A DNA stretch of 62,009 bases from Pseudomonadota bacterium (lineage in GTDB: Bacteria; Desulfobacterota; Desulfobacteria; Desulfobacterales; JBDRRP01): assembly GCA_043825735.1 (NCBI GenBank), contig JBDRRP010000040.1:124001-186009 (forward strand), given 5' to 3'. The position numbers and the translations under genes were made by a program. Below, in pieces: positions 58,190-62,009 of the stretch (position 1 is the stretch's first letter; each line of letters opens with the position of its first letter). The notes beneath the pieces were generated by a model that searched no databases, had not been told where the DNA came from, and saw nothing but the letters and a program-made list of their open reading frames with translations.

Positions 58190-58978
58190 ATGATATCCAA
58201 AAACCTGCTACGGGCCATTGTGTGGGGCGGACTGTGTCTCGGCCTGATTTGGCCCATTTTCCCGGCGTCCGCGCCGCCGCTTTACGCCGCCGAGTCGAAA
58301 GCCGCGGAGGGCGCCCTGGATGAAGATGACCTGGCGTTTTTAGAGAAGGAACTGCCTGCCGAAGAAATCGTCTCGGTTTCCGATCCGCTGGAATCGTTCA
58401 ACCGCGACATGTTCGCCTTCAATGATACCTTCTATTTCGCCATCCTCAAACCGGTCACCCGGGCCTATCGCTTTGTGGTGCCTTCAGATGTCCGCATTCC
58501 CCTGCGCAACTTTTTCGACAATCTGATGGCACCGGTACGAATCGTCAACTGCCTGCTTCAGGCGAAATGGAAAGCCGGGGCAGGAGAGTTGGGCGGTTTT
58601 TTCATCAATACCACAGCGGGGGTTTTCGGTTTCGGCGATCCGGCGCAGCGATACCCCGGACTCAATCCGCCCGAGGAAGACCTTGGGCAGACCCTTGCGG
58701 TCTGGGGCGTTGCCAACGGTCCATACCTGGTACTGCCACTGATAGGGTTTTCCACCGTCCGGGACGCCGCCGGGTGGCTGGGGGATACGTATTTGGATCC
58801 GTTGTTTTACACGGCAGTGGATTGGCAAGTCCTCATGGCGCGTCTGGCGGTGAAAACCGTCAACAGCACCTCTTTCCGGCTGGGTGACTATGAAACGGTA
58901 AAGGCCGCGGCCATCGACCCATACGTGGCATTCCGAAACGGTTACCTACAGTTCCGCCAAAAGAAAGTGCTGGAGTGA
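58190..58978 (+). CDS. mlaA: VacJ/MlaA family protein
   Basis: DPLESFNR, FINTT.G..G, EEDLGQTL, GPYLVLP, DPY...R..Y.Q.R. Confidence 0.92.
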   Translation: MISKNLLRAIVWGGLCLGLIWPIFPASAPPLYAAESKAAEGALDEDDLAFLEKELPAEEIVSVSDPLESFNRDMFAFNDTFYFAILKPVTRAYRFVVPSDVRIPLRNFFDNLMAPVRIVNCLLQAKWKAGAGELGGFFINTTAGVFGFGDPAQRYPGLNPPEEDLGQTLAVWGVANGPYLVLPLIGFSTVRDAAGWLGDTYLDPLFYTAVDWQVLMARLAVKTVNSTSFRLGDYETVKAAAIDPYVAFRNGYLQFRQKKVLE

Positions 58979-59197
58979 AGACCGCCCGGCGGTTGCGTTT
59001 GGAAGCCTTGACAAACCGGGCGTATTGAATAAGGTAATCCACTTTGAGGAAACGACCACCGGCAAGGCCGGCGGCGATAAATTGCGGCCCAGGGCCGCGG
59101 CTGAGTTCGTTTGGCCAGCAACGGGCGCTTTTGCCTGGACCACACCGCGAAGGGTTTTAGGGCAATCAACTGTTACACGTGATTAGGAGATCAGGGG

Positions 59198-60784
59198 ATG
59201 AAGAAGGTACTGGTGAGCGACAACCTCGGGCAGATCGGTGTTGACATGTTCCAGCAGGCGGACGGCATTTCCGTCGACGTTAAGACAGGGCTGGCACCTG
59301 AAGCGCTGAAAGCGATTATCGGCGATTACGATGCACTGGTCATCCGCAGCGCCACCAAGGTGACCGAAGACCTGCTGCGCGCGGCAACCCGGCTGAAGGT
59401 GATCGGGCGCGCCGGCATCGGTCTGGATAACGTGGACATACCGGCCGCCACCAAACGCGGTATCGTTGTGATGAACACCCCGGGGGGAAACGTCATCACC
59501 ACGGCCGAGCACGCCATCGCCATGATGCTCTCGCTTTCCCGCAATATCCCTGCCGGCACAGCCACCATGAAGGCCGGGCAGTGGGAGAAGAAAAAACTTC
59601 AGGGCCGGGAGATCTACAATAAGGTGCTGGGGGTCGTGGGGTTCGGCAAGATCGGATCCATCGTCGCTGACAGAGCCCGGGGACTGAAGATGCAGGTCAT
59701 CATCTATGACCCCTATGTGACGTCCGAACAGATCCAGAAGGCCGGTTTTGACGCTGTCACGCTCGACGAGCTCTTTGCCAGGGCTGATTATATCACGATT
59801 CATGTCCCCAAACTCAAGGACACGATGGGCTTCATCAACGCCGACGCTTTCGCAAAGATGAAGGACGGGGTCATGCTGATCAATTGTGCCCGGGGGGGGA
59901 TCGTCGATGAGGATGCCCTCTACGCGGCCATCACATCGGGCAAAGTGGCTGGAGCGGCCCTTGACGTGTTCGCCACGGAGCCGCCGGCCAAGGAGCATCC
60001 GCTGCTGACGCTGGACAACGTCATCTGCACGCCGCATCTGGGTGCCTCAACGGCGGAAGCCCAGGCCAACGTCGCCTCGGCCATTGCCGAGCAGATTATC
60101 GACCACCTCCAGAACGGCACGATCATGAACGCGGTCAATGTGCCGTCGGTGACCGGAGAGCTGCTTGAAAAACTGCGGCCCTATCTTAATCTGGCTGAAA
60201 AGTTGGGCAGCCTCCAGGCCCAGCTCAATAAGGGCGCATTAAAGGAAGTGGTCATCGAGTACCGTGGCGATTTTCAGGGACTGGATGTCAACCCGGTCAC
60301 TACTGCCACCTTGCGGGCGCTGCTGTCGCCGGAGGTCAAGGACGATGTCAATTTTATCAATGCCGGCGTCATCGCAAAGGAGCGCGGCATCAAGGTCACC
60401 GAAACAGCCTATTCCGACAGCGAGGAATATCTGATCATGATCACGGTAAAAGTGGTCACCACGGAGATGTCCACCACCGTGTCGGGCACGCTTTTCGGTA
60501 AGAACGATCCGCGTATCGTGCGGATCAACACCTTCCGATTGGAGATGGTTCCCAAGGGGCACCTGGCCCTCATCTACAACCTTGATCGTCCCGGATCCAT
60601 CGGTGAAATCGGTACTACGCTCGGGATTCACCGGATCAACATTGGGAAAATGCAGGTCGGCCAAGACAAGGAAGGGGAGCGCAACATCATTTTCCTGTGC
60701 ACAGACACCCCCATCCCCGATGCGGTTTATGAGGAACTCCGAGAGTTGAAATCCGTTAGAACGGTAATACCACTGGAGTTCTAG
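59198..60784 (+). CDS. serA: D-3-phosphoglycerate dehydrogenase (long form with ACT domain)
   Basis: RSATKV, GRAGIGLDN, GFGKIG, NCARGG, TPHLGAST, ACT domain DRPG. Confidence 0.96.
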   Translation: MKKVLVSDNLGQIGVDMFQQADGISVDVKTGLAPEALKAIIGDYDALVIRSATKVTEDLLRAATRLKVIGRAGIGLDNVDIPAATKRGIVVMNTPGGNVITTAEHAIAMMLSLSRNIPAGTATMKAGQWEKKKLQGREIYNKVLGVVGFGKIGSIVADRARGLKMQVIIYDPYVTSEQIQKAGFDAVTLDELFARADYITIHVPKLKDTMGFINADAFAKMKDGVMLINCARGGIVDEDALYAAITSGKVAGAALDVFATEPPAKEHPLLTLDNVICTPHLGASTAEAQANVASAIAEQIIDHLQNGTIMNAVNVPSVTGELLEKLRPYLNLAEKLGSLQAQLNKGALKEVVIEYRGDFQGLDVNPVTTATLRALLSPEVKDDVNFINAGVIAKERGIKVTETAYSDSEEYLIMITVKVVTTEMSTTVSGTLFGKNDPRIVRINTFRLEMVPKGHLALIYNLDRPGSIGEIGTTLGIHRINIGKMQVGQDKEGERNIIFLCTDTPIPDAVYEELRELKSVRTVIPLEF

Positions 60785-60844
60785 CTCATGGGAGCCGGTG
60801 ATGACGGCCGTCAGGGACGGCCACGCGATAGGAGGGAGCAGCAA

Positions 60845-61174
60845 ATGCCGGAAGAAAAGGGATTTGTCATTAAAGACACAGGAGAAGGACCGAAAAAGAC
60901 CGAATCGAGTAAAGGCGCGGCGGCCATACTGCCGGGGGTCAATTTTTCGACTTTCGTGCTCTCACTCAATGCTTCGGCGCTGATGCATCTGGGTATCATC
61001 GAAGACCCGACAACAGGCTCGCGGAGCAAACACATGCCGATGGCCAAACAGGCCATTGACACCTTGGCCATGCTTCAGGAAAAGACCGCTGGGAACCTGA
61101 CCAGTGATGAGACCAACATGCTGCGGAATCTGCTCGCCGATCTTCGGATAATGTACGTTCGAGAAAAAGATTGA
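60845..61174 (+). CDS. DUF1844 domain protein
   Basis: FSTFVLSL...LG...AKQAID.L.ML..KT.GNL. Confidence 0.85.
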   Translation: MPEEKGFVIKDTGEGPKKTESSKGAAAILPGVNFSTFVLSLNASALMHLGIIEDPTTGSRSKHMPMAKQAIDTLAMLQEKTAGNLTSDETNMLRNLLADLRIMYVREKD

Positions 61175-61247
61175 CCGTTGGCAGCAGCGCCCTGTGCCTT
61201 CACCCCGGTCATCGGGTGAAGGGGCAGCGCGATTGGACAGGTGGCAT

Positions 61248-62009
61248 ATGGTATCGCCGCTTTCCTTAAAATCTCCAGCCAAGATCAATCTTACGCTGGA
61301 TATCGTATCCCGACGGGAAGACGGATATCATGAGTTGGTGTCTCTGGTCTGCCCCATTGGGCTCTATGACGAGGTGTGCCTGTCGCCTGCGACGCGGCTC
61401 GAGGTCGTGTGCCACTATCCGGGGGTGCCCGGTGACGAAACCAATCTGGCGTATCGCGCGGCCCGGCTGTTCCTTGATCGGATCGACCGCGGGGGCGCCT
61501 TTCGCATTGATCTGACCAAGCGAATACCGGTGGGAGCCGGGCTTGGGGGCGGCAGCGGCAATGCCGCTACAGTGCTCGTGGGGTTGAACCGGCTCTATGG
61601 GGAGCCGCTGACTCAGGACGCCCTGGTGATCATGGGGGGGCAACTGGGAGCTGATGTGCCGTTTTTCGTCCTCTGCCGGCCCGTCGTGGCAATGGGCATC
61701 GGCGAGCGGTTGGCCGCAGTGGGCGGCCTGCCCCAACGGTGGGCGGTGGTGGTCTATCCAGGTTTCGGGATCTCGACGCGGCAGGCCTACGAGGGGCTAT
61801 GCCGCAATGTTTCGGATCCCAATTTGGCATTGACAAAAAGTGAAAATCTACATAAATCCCTTCTTTTAAAGGTCAGAAATGGTCCTCCGGAGTGCTATCT
61901 GTCGAACGATCTGGAGGCAGCGATGTTGCCGCGCCACCCCGCGCTCGCCGAAGCGAAACGTGCGCTCGTGCAAAACGGAGCGCTGGGCGCATTGATGACC
62001 GGCAGTGGA
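61248..62009 (+). CDS. ispE: CDP-ME kinase (runs off the window edge)
   Basis: Hand translation: SPAKINL, DGYHEL, KRIPVGAGLGGGSGNAA, LGADVPFF, NDLE, MTGSG. Confidence 0.95.
   Translation, partial: MVSPLSLKSPAKINLTLDIVSRREDGYHELVSLVCPIGLYDEVCLSPATRLEVVCHYPGVPGDETNLAYRAARLFLDRIDRGGAFRIDLTKRIPVGAGLGGGSGNAATVLVGLNRLYGEPLTQDALVIMGGQLGADVPFFVLCRPVVAMGIGERLAAVGGLPQRWAVVVYPGFGISTRQAYEGLCRNVSDPNLALTKSENLHKSLLLKVRNGPPECYLSNDLEAAMLPRHPALAEAKRALVQNGALGALMTGSG

Overview
GC-rich chromosomal segment from a sulfate-reducer-like deltaproteobacterium (inferred Desulfobacterales from desulfoferrodoxin, DVU0772/DVU0298-type genes, CooS and the Zur box). It holds about 67 protein genes. I saw no rRNA, tRNA, CRISPR array, phage or transposase. 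In order: a Zur-boxed zinc-uptake operon (znuACB, zur, two permeases); a convergent Zn-finger/TM/TPR protein and TPR rhomboid protease; a sugar-acid catabolic cluster (IclR, eda, kdgK, TRAP, kduD, kduI, DUF1537 kinase, BKACE) interrupted by an AAA/DUF4143 ATPase; ABC-2 exporter plus cobO; a permuted papain-like amidase; a methyltransferase pseudogene; NUDIX, HAD, TolC, ZIP and NosL; a large oxygen-defence cluster (rbr, dfx, flavodoxin, cydAB, triheme cytochrome c, ISF-ArsC-like fusion, rubredoxin, FprA/ROO, ferredoxin, DsrE); citrate synthase; a complete nqrA-F operon; FTR/glutaredoxin; YyaL; stand-alone cooS; an OrpR-like sigma54 activator; mlaEFDCA; serA; and partial ispE. Most notable are an NqrA that keeps two complete RnfC-type [4Fe-4S] motifs, a DUF1537 kinase paired with BKACE, several families of periodic, often nested intergenic inverted repeats, and candidate PerR-type boxes. 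All calls come from motif recognition by eye; no database searches were run.
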